IMG/VR virus record: IMGVR_UViG_3300026825_000035
Location: 1 to 37,803 of that record
DNA from: a virus
Taxonomy: Duplodnaviria > Caudoviricetes
Reading direction: 5' to 3' (one strand)
DNA: 37,803 nt
The position numbers and the translations under genes were made by a program. The notes under the pieces were generated by a model. That model ran no database searches and was not told the origin of the DNA. It was given only the letters and a program-made list of their open reading frames with translations. This document shows, piece by piece, positions 1-9,642 of this stretch; within the stretch, counting starts at the first letter, position 1; each line of letters begins with the position of its first letter.

Positions 1-1923
1 TCAGAAATCCGTCTCCAGATAGACCCCGGCACAGTCGAACGCGACCGCTGCGGCCGTTGCGCCGTTGTTCATGTAGAGCCGCGGCGAATGGAATTGCGTG
101 GCGGCGGGCAAGTCGGCGGTGATTTCCTGCTCGAACACCGCGCCGGAAACCTCGTCCACCACTCGCAACCAGACCGATCTGCCATTGGGCGGTGCCGCGA
201 TAAACAGCGTCAGCACCCCGCCAGTCGCGATGGCGAAACTCGCCCCCATGTCAGTCAGGGTCGGCGCGCCGGTGCCGTCGTTCGCGACCAGCTGCCAGCG
301 GCTGTGCGTCCCGCGCTGGAAGCCGATGCCGATGCAGTTGATGGCGGCGGCCAAAGTCAGGGTGGTGGCCAGCGCCGCCGTCGATCCGTAGAGGCCGAAG
401 AACGCCATCCCGGTCGCCTGCAGGGTGGTTAGCGAGATCCGCATGACGAAGGTCCAGGCGCCGAGGCCCGCCGCGTTCCCGCGCCAGCATGCCCAGCCTG
501 CGGATCGCTGCTCAGCGACCGAGTCCACGACGGCCGCCGAGGTCATGCGCCAGCGGCGCATGCTTGCAGCGAGGTTCGTGGCGGCCAGCGTCGGGTGCGA
601 GACGGTACCGACCGAGGTGATTGGCAGCCCTTCTGTGGTGATGGTCGTTGTGACCGACGGCGACCAGTTGGCGATCCGATTCACGCCGAAGTGGGGCTGC
701 AGGGGGAAGTCCCGCCCCGAGGGGCGCATCACGTCGATCCAGGGCGCCCCGGCGCGGTTTCGCGCATAAAGGGCGGCCTTGCCTGAGGGCGGCGGGGTCG
801 GCGCAGCGGCCAGGCCCGGCAGGACCGTCGGTTGCGGCAGTTCTACCTGACCGCTGGTCCGGTCGATGCGGATGGCGTCGAAGAAGGCCGAGCCATCCGG
901 GCTGACCTTGAAGCTGAAGTCGTCATTGCCGAGCAACCCGATCAACGCCCGCGCCGAGAACCCGGTCTTGAAGGCGAAGGCCGCGTCGTTCGCGGCCGCA
1001 GCCTTGTTGACGGTGGCTTCGATCCCGGCGCCTGCGTTGTTCAGGAGCACAGCGGGCGTGTTCACCGACAGCCGGTTGAAGCTGTCGGCGGTTGCGCCGC
1101 CGAGACCCAGAAGCTGCGCGGTCAGGTTGGCCTGGGGCATGCCGACCTGCGTCACCGCATTGGCGAAGGTAACGGTGGGCGTGTTCACCACCGTCGTGCC
1201 ACCGGCCCCGGCAGTGGCCGAGCCGATGTTGACGACCGTCGTCGATCCGGAGGCACCGCCAGTGCCGATGTTCACGGTCTTGGTGACGCCCGTCGTCGTG
1301 GCGCCGGTGCCCATTCCGTAGGTCGCGGTCGTCGTGGCCGTCCCGATGCTGGCCGACGCCGCCGAGACCGTAACCGTGCCCGAAGCGGTCAGCGTCCCTG
1401 AAAACGTCTTGTTGCCGGTGAAAGTCTGGGTGCCCGCGAGGATCGCCAGCTCCGACGAGGTGTTGGGCAACGTGTAACTGCGCGTCGTCCCGGCGCTGAT
1501 GCCCGCCAGCGAGAAGGTGGCCTTCCTCGTCGGGTCCGCATCGTTCACAAGGCTGAAGACCGCGTCCGACACGTCGCGCGGCTCGCCCACCACCTCCCAG
1601 GCGCTGCCGGTCCAGACGAGGAACAGCCCCTCGGCCGCGACCCAGACCAGCCAGCCGGTGCGCGGCACCAGCCGGATCCACGCGCCATCGATCCAGAAGG
1701 CGATGTTCAGATCCCACCCGACCCAGAGTCCGCTCGCGCCGGAGGCCACAAGATGGCGATTGCCGTCTGCCGGGCTGGCCGGTGGCGCAGTGCGCGTGCG
1801 GTCGAGGACCGAGAGTTGCACCATGGCATCGAGCAGGCGCAGCGCCTCGTTGTGGGTGACATGCTTTTGCGCTTGGGCCGCCAGCAGGTAGGGCAGGCCC
1901 AGATGGGTCGTGGTGTCGGACAT
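1..1923 (-). CDS. DUF2793-domain tail fibre / receptor-binding protein
   Basis: N-terminal 'LPYLLAAQAQKHVTHNEALRLLD' DUF2793 signature, Thr/Gly-rich beta-type middle, follows megatron. Confidence 0.8.
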   Translation of the reverse strand: MSDTTTHLGLPYLLAAQAQKHVTHNEALRLLDAMVQLSVLDRTRTAPPASPADGNRHLVASGASGLWVGWDLNIAFWIDGAWIRLVPRTGWLVWVAAEGLFLVWTGSAWEVVGEPRDVSDAVFSLVNDADPTRKATFSLAGISAGTTRSYTLPNTSSELAILAGTQTFTGNKTFSGTLTASGTVTVSAASASIGTATTTATYGMGTGATTTGVTKTVNIGTGGASGSTTVVNIGSATAGAGGTTVVNTPTVTFANAVTQVGMPQANLTAQLLGLGGATADSFNRLSVNTPAVLLNNAGAGIEATVNKAAAANDAAFAFKTGFSARALIGLLGNDDFSFKVSPDGSAFFDAIRIDRTSGQVELPQPTVLPGLAAAPTPPPSGKAALYARNRAGAPWIDVMRPSGRDFPLQPHFGVNRIANWSPSVTTTITTEGLPITSVGTVSHPTLAATNLAASMRRWRMTSAAVVDSVAEQRSAGWACWRGNAAGLGAWTFVMRISLTTLQATGMAFFGLYGSTAALATTLTLAAAINCIGIGFQRGTHSRWQLVANDGTGAPTLTDMGASFAIATGGVLTLFIAAPPNGRSVWLRVVDEVSGAVFEQEITADLPAATQFHSPRLYMNNGATAAAVAFDCAGVYLETDF

Positions 1924-1944
1924 GCGGGTTCCCGTGGGTTGGGC

Positions 1945-4900
1945 TCAGAACTGCAGCGTGACCGCGGCCGGTGTGCCGCGACCGAGGCGGTTCGAGAGCT
2001 GGAAGATGCGGAGCGCCAGCGTCTGGCCGGGCCCGAGCGGCGCGCCCCAGTCTGTGATCTGCTGAGCAGCGGTGTAGAGGACGGTACTCGTGCTGCTGGT
2101 CAGCGTGCGCTTGACGGCCTGGCCATCAAGGATCTGGACGTCGAAGGATTCCTGGTCCTCGGCAAGCGGCACTTCGACCTGTTCCCAGGTATCGGCCACC
2201 AGCGCGCGGGACCGGCGTGTCCAGCGGATCATCAGATCGCCGGGTGCGCGCGCTGTCCGCCACGGCTGCTCGACATGAACCGGCGCGAAGGGCACGAGAC
2301 CCCGGCCGGTCGGGGTGAAGCCCAGCACGGCATAACTCGCATCACTGACCGCACGCGCGGCCGGGCCGACACGCCAGTTCCACGGCAAGCCCAGGTCAGT
2401 CTTGGCGATGGGCAGCGAGGCCAGCGCAGCATCCAGCACCACCACTCGTGCCCCTGCGGGGGCGGGGCTGCCCATGGCAAATTCCGTCCCGCGCTGGCCG
2501 CGCAGGAGGCGGGTCAGTCGGTAGCGGCCGGGCGCGAGCAGTTCAGCCGCGCCAGCCTGCACGATCTCCCACACACCTGCTGCGGACTCGACCGCCAGTG
2601 CGTTCGCCCCGCCGAACAGCGCGACGTCGGTCACACTTTCCAGCGTCCCGGACAGGAGATCGACGACCAGTGCGTTGCCCAGATCGAAGCGGGAGGTTGG
2701 CCCGGGAAAGAAGTCGAAGGCCAGCGTGCCGATCCGCGCCCGACTGCCGAAGGTGGTCAGCAGGCTGAAGCCGTCCGTCGAGGCGCTGCGGAAGACGGCA
2801 ATCTCACCCGGCCAGGGGCTGGCATGGGCCGCGATCAGGGGGCGATGGGCGAGCTGGTCCTCGCTGATCTGCGGAAGGTCCAGCATCACCACCTCGGGCG
2901 TGCCGAAGACGACGGGACTCGCGAGCGAGGCCGGGCGGGGATCGCCGGGCGGCAGGTCGTAGGCGGCCCGATCCTGGCGCACCGCCTCGATCCCGCGCGC
3001 TTCGGCATCTGCGACGGAGACCAGCCGGAACTCGACCTCACGGCCGTCATGCGCGAGCCGGATCACGTCGGCGGGATCGAGAGCTAGCCGCGAGGGCGGC
3101 AGGCGGAAGGTCGCGCTCTCGCGTCCGATCCAGGCTTCCATCAGGGCGCGGCGGCAGCGGCGTTCGGCCTCCTCGGGCGGGATCGCCATGGGGAAGGACT
3201 CGGACGCGATGCGGGTGGTGTCGACGGTGATCCGCCGCGCTTCCACCAGCGCGGCGTCATAATCCTCATCCGCCCGCGCGACCTGCCACTTCAGGGCCTG
3301 GGGCAGCTCTGTCTCCTGCGCGCGTGTCAGTTCGAAGGCCTCGCCTTCACGGCTGGCGACAAGATCGTCGATGGCGAGCGTCGCAACCGAGGCGCGGCCG
3401 CGCATGACAAAGCGGATCACGCCTTCGGTTTCGACGGCATCGAAGCCGAAGTGGCGGGCCAGCGTGGTGATCGACGCGCGGGGACTTTCCAGCGCGCCGA
3501 TCACATAGCCCTCGACCGCACCCCAGAGGCCGGAAACGTCGATGAGGTCGTCCGCAAGCCCTGCGCGCAGGCAGAGGTGACGCACGAGGGCCGCCAGAGA
3601 CACTGCGCCGAGCCGCCCTGTCAGCCAGTGACCGAGCCGCCAGTTAGGGCCATCGGTCCAGACGCCGGTCAGTTCGGGAAAGAACGGATAGGGCCGCGCA
3701 TCCCAGGTCCAGGCGGCGCATTCCGGGACATGGACCATCCGGCCGCCGTAGATCGCGGAAACCGGATTATTGGCCGGGGCGCCCCACCAGAGGTAACTGG
3801 CCTCGAGATAGGCACGCTGGATGGCGTCGTCGCGCCAGCCACGCGAGAACCATGGCGTGAAGCTCTCCGACGACTTCGGGTCGAAAAAGACGTTCGGCTG
3901 GTTGGTTCCCCGGTCGATGGCGGGACAGCCCAGTTCGGTGAACCACACGGGCTTCGACTGCGGTACCCATGCGGTGGGCGTGCCGCTTTCCACCCCGCCC
4001 GGCCGGTTGTAATGCGGGTTCGACCACTAGGCGCGCAGATCCTTGTAACGGAAGACCCAAGGCTTGCCCGCGCTGCCGTCGGTGATTGGGGTGCGGACCT
4101 GAGCCGCCCGGTCGGCAGCGCTGGCGTAGAACCAATCGAAGCCCTCGCCGCCCGCGATGTTGGCCTGCAGGTAGGCCCGGTCGTGGATCGCGGGCCAGCC
4201 CTCGAGCGCGTCGAGATGATCGAAGCCGTCGCGCCAGTCCGACAGCGGCATGTAGTTGTCGATGCCGATGAAGTCGATGTTGGCGTCAGCCCAGAGCGGG
4301 TCGAGGTGGAAGAACACGTCGCCCGAGCCGTCCTGCGGCTGGTGGCCGAAATACTCCGACCAGTCGGCAGCGTAGCCGATCTTCGTCCCGGCCCCGAGAA
4401 CCGACTTCACATCCGCCGCCAGCGCCTTGAAGGCTGTGACGGCCGGATAGGCACTGGCGCTCGAGCGGATCGTGGTGAGCCCGCGCATCTCCGAGCCGAT
4501 CAGGAAGGCATCGACCCCGCCCGCCACGGCGCAGAGATGGGCATAGTGCAGGATCATCCGCCTCAGGCCCCAGTCGCCGGAGGGACCGGTCCAGGAGACA
4601 GCGTCGCCCGATACCGCAAATTGCGCCGGGGTGGCCGTGCCGAAGAAGGCCGAGACCTGCGTCGCCGCGGCGGCGGTCTTGTCCGCAGTCCCCGCGAACC
4701 CTGCAGCTGGCGAACAGGTGATCCGGCCCCGCCACGGGAAACTCGGCTGGCCGGGCGTGGCGGCGTTGGCGCTGTAGGGGTTCGGCAGCGTGTTGCCGGG
4801 CGGCACATCCATCAGCAGGAAAGGATAGAAGGTGACGCGCAGCCCGCGCGCCTTCATCTCGCGGATCGCCTGCACCACCGCGAAATCCGCCGGCGTGCCG

Positions 4901-5910
4901 CCATAGATCGGACGGTCCTCGGCATCACGGCTGACGAGATGGGCAGCAGCGCGGGAAACCCCGTTGACCGTCCAGACCTTCGGGCTGGTAACCTTGGCTG
5001 CCACTTCGACGCCGGGCTTGATGGTGCAGTTGCCCGCGCGCAGATCGTTGCCGAACCAGGCGACCACGAGGCTGACGCTCTCGACGGCCGGGGCCATGGC
5101 TTGGAGTCGATCGAGCGCCACGACGATGTCGGCCTCGTCCGGCAGCGCGTTGAGGTTCTCGGCCGAAGTGCTGCCGCCCACGGTCTTGCGGACAGCCTCG
5201 GTCGCATAGGTGAACTCGCCAGAGGCGGGGATCATGGTCACGGCCTTGACGAGGCCCTCAGCCGTGTCTGGGTCCGCGAGCGGCCGGAAGACCTCGAAAG
5301 ACAGTTGCGGCAGGCGGTTGCCGTATGTCGCAAGCGGCAGTTCCTCGAAGACGACATAGGCTGTCCCGCGATAGGCGGGCGTGTTGGCCGAGCCCATCCT
5401 GGCCGCGATGAATGGATCGGCCCTCTGGCTCTCGTTCCCCGGATACCAGCGCCAGGTGATGCCCGTCATGTCCAGCGGCTTGCCGTCGGCCCAGATGCGC
5501 CCGATGCCGGTGATCGGGCCCTCGCACAGGGCGACCGCAAAGGACGCATAGTAGAGGTACTCGGTCGTCCGGACCCGGCCGCCGCCACCGCCCTTGCCGC
5601 CACCCTGTGTTGTGGTCTTCGTCTCCTCGCGGAAATCCGTGGCCCAGATGATGTTGCCGCCGATGCGCATGCGGCCGTAGAGGCGCGGGATGATCGCGCC
5701 TTCGGTGGCCGACGTGATGCGCAGGCTGTCGAGGCGCTGGCCTTCGATCTTCTGGGCGGGCGCCAGCGAGGACACGATCCAGCTGTCCACGACCGAACCG
5801 ATGGTCGAGCCGATGAAACCGCCGATTGCGGCCCCGGAAAAGCCGAGCATCGCGCCGCCGAACGCCCCGCCGATGGCGGAACCGACGGCACCGAGGACAA
5901 GCGGGGCCAT
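1945..5910 (-). pseudogene. RcGTA g15-like baseplate multidomain protein (megatron), broken by an in-frame TAG
   Basis: ORFs 4027..5910 and 1945..3993 share one frame (1322 codons); reads YKDLRA*WSNPHYNRPGG with TAG at 4027-4029, where homologues as I recall them have WW; TIM-barrel motifs IGSEMRG, IDNYMPLSDWR, FTELGCPAID. Confidence 0.88.
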
Positions 5911-5942
5911 TGCGGAAACTCAGGGTTCGAAGGTTTGGGAAG

Positions 5943-6377
5943 TCAGCGTGCGGGGAAGAGGAAGGCGAAGGCGATGCGGCGCCGCCAGGCAGAGATCAGC
6001 GGTTCCTCGATCACGCCCAGCCGCTCGTAGGCATGCAGGAAGGTATTGGGGCCGGTGAGGATCCCGACATGCTTTGCAATGGCGCGGGGCATCATGCGGA
6101 ACAGGACCAGCGCGCCGGGTGGGGCGTCTGCCGGTGCGATCTCGGGCATCATCGCACGCGCCCCGTCAGCCAGCACCTCTCGCGGCCCGGTCTCGCCCCA
6201 GTCCCGGCTGTAGGGCGGGACCGGGAACGGCTCCGGCCCCACCACCTCGCGCCAGACGCCACGCGCCAATCCAAGACAGTCGCAGCCGACCCCGCGCAGG
6301 CTCGCCTGGTCGTGATAGGGCGTGCCGAGCCAGGATCGGGCCGCGGCGATGACGCGGGCAGGATCGGCGGTCTTCAC
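5943..6377 (-). CDS. NlpC/P60 family tail-associated peptidase (RcGTA g14-like)
   Basis: WLGTPY, GCDCLGL (catalytic Cys) and KHVGI (His) motifs; lies between hub and megatron. Confidence 0.9.
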   Translation of the reverse strand: MKTADPARVIAAARSWLGTPYHDQASLRGVGCDCLGLARGVWREVVGPEPFPVPPYSRDWGETGPREVLADGARAMMPEIAPADAPPGALVLFRMMPRAIAKHVGILTGPNTFLHAYERLGVIEEPLISAWRRRIAFAFLFPAR

Positions 6378-7258
6378 AACACCGCCCCCTCGTGACCACC
6401 GTCCTTCGTCGCGTATCGCAGGACTGCGTCCTGGCCCGGGATATGCGGGAAGCCCCGGAAGTTCGCGACATTGGCGAACTTCGTCCCGCAGGTCGCAATC
6501 CGCTTGTCGCAGCCCGCCCGGACGACGAATGCATCCGTCGCCGTGATCGGGCGGACCGGCGCCTCCAGCAGGGTCAGGATCGCCACCCCGTCGACGAGGT
6601 CATGCGACAGCACCTCGACCCGCCGCCCGGCGTTCGCGCCGCTGGTCCACTCGACCAGCCCGAAGGCAAACCAGCCCGCGGCGAAGGGGCCGAGGCCGGA
6701 AGCGGTGAAGGCCCGGTCCCGCAGCACATCAATGACCGCGCCGCTGCCCTTGAATGCCGGGGCATCGGTGTTCACGCCGCAGCGCGCATCGCCCAGCGCG
6801 GCGTCGCACGTTGCCTGAAAGGTCCGCCCGACCGTCTGGCCAAGGACATGGGCCAGCGAACGCACCTCGGCCACGAAGGCGAGCCGCCCACGCCGAATCT
6901 GGCCGATGGCCCCGCGCCGCAGCAGCACGCGCTGCTCCGGGGCCGACCAATTCACCCTCCAGACCTCGACCGCAGCATTGTCCCATCGACCGTCGAGGAT
7001 GTCGGTCTCGGTGATCCGGTCGGAGGAGAGCACGCCTTGCGCGTCCTGCGCGTCCACGGAAAGGTCGGAGCCGGATCGCACCTCGGACGCCGTCAGCCCG
7101 CTTTCCGGCTCGAACTCGGTACCGTCGAACGACAGGGGCAGGTCGTGGTCGGTGAAGCCGAAGGTCACGCCGTCGGCGCGTGTGATGCGCCAGCACCAGG
7201 CGAGTGTCGTCGTGCCCTCGTCGAGATGGGCCTGCAGGGCGGTGGGCAAGGATTTCAC
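6374..7258 (-). CDS. DUF2163 / BR0599 baseplate hub protein (RcGTA g13-like)
   Basis: GFTDHD, CDAALGDARC, GCDK and NFRGFPHIPG motifs; GTG start at 7258 overlaps upstream TGA (alternative ATG 7264). Confidence 0.88.
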   Translation of the reverse strand: MKSLPTALQAHLDEGTTTLAWCWRITRADGVTFGFTDHDLPLSFDGTEFEPESGLTASEVRSGSDLSVDAQDAQGVLSSDRITETDILDGRWDNAAVEVWRVNWSAPEQRVLLRRGAIGQIRRGRLAFVAEVRSLAHVLGQTVGRTFQATCDAALGDARCGVNTDAPAFKGSGAVIDVLRDRAFTASGLGPFAAGWFAFGLVEWTSGANAGRRVEVLSHDLVDGVAILTLLEAPVRPITATDAFVVRAGCDKRIATCGTKFANVANFRGFPHIPGQDAVLRYATKDGGHEGAVL

Positions 7259-7443
7259 TGGCAAGTTCCCGTCATGCAGTCGTCGATATCGGCAATCCAG
7301 CCGGCCCAGTCCGGCGGGAGCCCGGCCACCGAAGCGGCCGGCGGCCGCCCCAGCCGCGCCTCGGCATAGGCGACGCAGCCGGCGTCACCAGCGCCCGTCG
7401 TTGCGCCGCAGCCGGTCAGCAGGATCGCCAGCGTCGCGGCCAT
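7255..7443 (-). CDS. Lipoprotein, putative o-spanin (Rz1-like)
   Basis: MAATLAILLTG-C lipobox, Pro/Cys-containing mature part, overlaps the upstream TM gene in another frame. Confidence 0.6.
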   Translation of the reverse strand: MAATLAILLTGCGATTGAGDAGCVAYAEARLGRPPAASVAGLPPDWAGWIADIDDCMTGTCQ

Positions 7444-7612
7444 CGCGCACCGCGGCCCGCCCGCGCTCAAGCCGCCGCCACTCGTCCTCCATCGCATCGC
7501 GTTCCGCCTCCCGTCTCCCTACGCGGAACCCCTCCGCGCGTCCCCAAACCCGGCCGAGCAGCAGGCCCGCCAACGCCGCCGCTGCCGCCAGCCCCAGGAT
7601 CGCCTCACTCAT
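7385..7612 (-). CDS. Putative i-spanin (Rz-like)
   Basis: N-terminal TM helix followed by a charged helical region; overlaps the lipoprotein gene; in the lysis cluster. Confidence 0.55.
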   Translation of the reverse strand: MSEAILGLAAAAALAGLLLGRVWGRAEGFRVGRREAERDAMEDEWRRLERGRAAVRDGRDAGDPADRLRRNDGRW

Positions 7613-7835
7613 CGCCGCGGAACCCGCGTTCCAGCCGGTCGCGCAGACCGATCAGGCCCAGGCCGAGGGCAATCAGCGCGGCAGGCGAGGCATCGCCGGA
7701 GCCGGCAAGCAGCGCGACCAGCCGGGCCAATTCCTCGAGCGGCCCGGTGGCGGGCAGTGCGAGAGAGGCGGCGCCGGTCGCAAAGGCGAGAAGCCCCGCC
7801 CACCAGGTGAGCGAGGTCGGACGGATGTAGCGCAT
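7605..7835 (-). CDS. Small membrane protein, holin candidate
   Basis: 76 aa, 2-3 hydrophobic segments, charged C-terminus, directly after the lysozyme. Confidence 0.55.
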   Translation of the reverse strand: MRYIRPTSLTWWAGLLAFATGAASLALPATGPLEELARLVALLAGSGDASPAALIALGLGLIGLRDRLERGFRGDE

Positions 7836-7839
7836 GGGA

Positions 7840-8532
7840 TCAGACCCTCCGGATCAGGTTTGAGAAGAAGGCTGCCAGCCGGGCGAGCCAGCCGGAAGGC
7901 GGCCCGGGTTGTTGCGGCGGCGATGCAGGCGGCGCAGCGGGAGCCGCCCCGCCTGCGGTCCCGCCAAGGGCGGCCAGAACCTCGGCCTCGGTGAGCCGCG
8001 CGACCGCGCCGCCGAGGCGGCCCTCGCTATCGGCGCCGTAGACGGACACCTGCCCGGACGGATAGCTGCCGGTCAGGAACAGCACGCGTTCCTCCTCGCG
8101 CCGCCGCCTGAGGCCTTCCAGCACCCGCCCGCCGGCCCGGTTCCAGGCGCGGAAGGCATCCGCCGCCGCCTGTCGGTTGCCCGCATTCAGATGGCGGATC
8201 ACGCTCGACCGCGCGAGCGCCGCAGGGCCGATGTTGAAGCAGAGACTCACGAGCGCATCCCACTGGTGCTGCTCGAGCAACACCTTTGCCGCCTGCCGGA
8301 CAGCCGCCTCGTAAGGTCCGAGCCGGGCGCGGAAGATGCGGAAAGCCTCTGGCAGGACGGCGCGCCAGTCGCTCGGCATGCCGCGCGGCATGAGCCGCGG
8401 ATCAGGCGCAAGGCCCGAGGTCTCGGCATGGCCAATACCCCAGGTCCAGACGCCCACGGCGTCGCGATAGGGCGCAGGAACGATGCCCTCGTGACGCACG
8501 ATCGCCACGAGGCCGCGATGGCTGGTCTGCAT
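7840..8532 (-). CDS. Endolysin, GH24 (T4-type) lysozyme
   Basis: HEG..YRDAVGVWTWGIGH (E-D-T triad), DALVSLCFNIG, GLRRRREEE; Pro/Ala linker and amphipathic C-terminal helix. Confidence 0.9.
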   Translation of the reverse strand: MQTSHRGLVAIVRHEGIVPAPYRDAVGVWTWGIGHAETSGLAPDPRLMPRGMPSDWRAVLPEAFRIFRARLGPYEAAVRQAAKVLLEQHQWDALVSLCFNIGPAALARSSVIRHLNAGNRQAAADAFRAWNRAGGRVLEGLRRRREEERVLFLTGSYPSGQVSVYGADSEGRLGGAVARLTEAEVLAALGGTAGGAAPAAPPASPPQQPGPPSGWLARLAAFFSNLIRRV

Positions 8533-8535
8533 TGG

Positions 8536-8667
8536 TCACCTCAGGAGCGAGAGGAGGAGGATCAGCCCCGCGAGGGCGAGGCCGATGCGGAGGCGGTGTC
8601 GGAAGGCCTGGCCGGGATCGTCAGGATCGCACCGCAGCGCGCGTGCAAAGCGCAGAAGGTCATGCAT
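8536..8667 (-). CDS. Small membrane protein (43 aa)
   Basis: MHDLLRF... with C-terminal hydrophobic helix; tightly packed between neighbours. Confidence 0.5.
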   Translation of the reverse strand: MHDLLRFARALRCDPDDPGQAFRHRLRIGLALAGLILLLSLLR

Positions 8668-9010
8668 CGCCGTCGCCTTTGTGGGCGCTGCGCAGGCGGG
8701 CAAGCAGCACCTCGATGAACGCCGGCCCGAAGACGCCAACCAGATAGGCGGCCGATCCCGCCGCGCCGCCGGCCGGAATCGCCTCGGGCGGCAGCGCCAG
8801 CCACCGCGTGATGAAAGCCATCGACAGGCTGCCCATCCCTGCCGAGATCAGGCCGCCAAGCAGGATGTGGCGCAGCGCGTCGCGCAGCCGCATCCGGGTC
8901 GTCAGCGCATTGGTCGCGCCCCCGAGCGCGCCCCAGGCCGCCAGAATCACGGCGGTGGAGGCGAGCAGCTCCTTCAGCGCCGCCGCCAGAAATCCGGTTT
9001 CCTCGTTCAT
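8660..9010 (-). CDS. Multi-TM membrane protein, holin-like
   Basis: Three hydrophobic helices, start overlaps the upstream stop, precedes the endolysin. Confidence 0.6.
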   Translation of the reverse strand: MNEETGFLAAALKELLASTAVILAAWGALGGATNALTTRMRLRDALRHILLGGLISAGMGSLSMAFITRWLALPPEAIPAGGAAGSAAYLVGVFGPAFIEVLLARLRSAHKGDGDA

Positions 9011-9633
9011 CGTCGGATCTCCAGAAGCGGGATGGAGGCGATCGAGCCCAGCCGCTCGAGGTCGAGGGTGACGTCGAGGGCGTCGGTGTCGAAGCGGACG
9101 GGGACGTCGAATTCGAAGCCTCCGGTGATGGCCACGCCCAAGGCCGGGGCGGTGGCGAAGGTGACGAGGCCGGTGGCCGTGGAGACCGACCAGTCGGAGG
9201 CTTGTGGCGTGCCGTTCAGGGCGATGGTCACGGTTCCTGCGACAGGTTTGGTAATGACCCGCGTCCAGGATTGCGCGCCCGAGCTGTAGCGCTTGGCCAG
9301 TTGGAACTGGGTCGTGCTGCCGTTACCGGTGCCGATGGGTTGATCGGTCGGGCCCGGGGTTTGTGACGGCAGGCAAGACTTGTGGTCGGCCCAGTCCTTG
9401 AACCTGAAACCGTGCAGGCGGCCGTTGCGGGCCTCGAAGAAGGCCACGACCGCCGCCAGATCGTCGGCGCGGCGGATGCCGTAGGCCACATCGTAGCGGC
9501 GGCGCGAATTGGCCCAGCTGGCGTTGCGTTCCTCGTCGCCCGAGGCCAGTTCGACGATCTGCGTGCGCCGCTCGGGCCCGCCGCGCGCGCCCCGGCTGAT
9601 GTTGTCGGGAAACCAGACCTCGTGAAATGCCAT
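9007..9633 (-). CDS. DUF2460 distal tail protein (RcGTA g12-like)
   Basis: MAFHEV.FP, GGPERRTQIV, FFEARNG and GFEFDVPVRFDTD motifs; follows tape measure. Confidence 0.9.
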   Translation of the reverse strand: MAFHEVWFPDNISRGARGGPERRTQIVELASGDEERNASWANSRRRYDVAYGIRRADDLAAVVAFFEARNGRLHGFRFKDWADHKSCLPSQTPGPTDQPIGTGNGSTTQFQLAKRYSSGAQSWTRVITKPVAGTVTIALNGTPQASDWSVSTATGLVTFATAPALGVAITGGFEFDVPVRFDTDALDVTLDLERLGSIASIPLLEIRR

Positions 9634-9642
9634 CGTGGATTC

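Noticed and set aside
1-1923. Diversity-generating retroelement or invertible switch acting on the tail fibre
   Set aside because: No reverse transcriptase, invertase or template repeat is visible in the window; sequence beyond position 1 cannot be assessed
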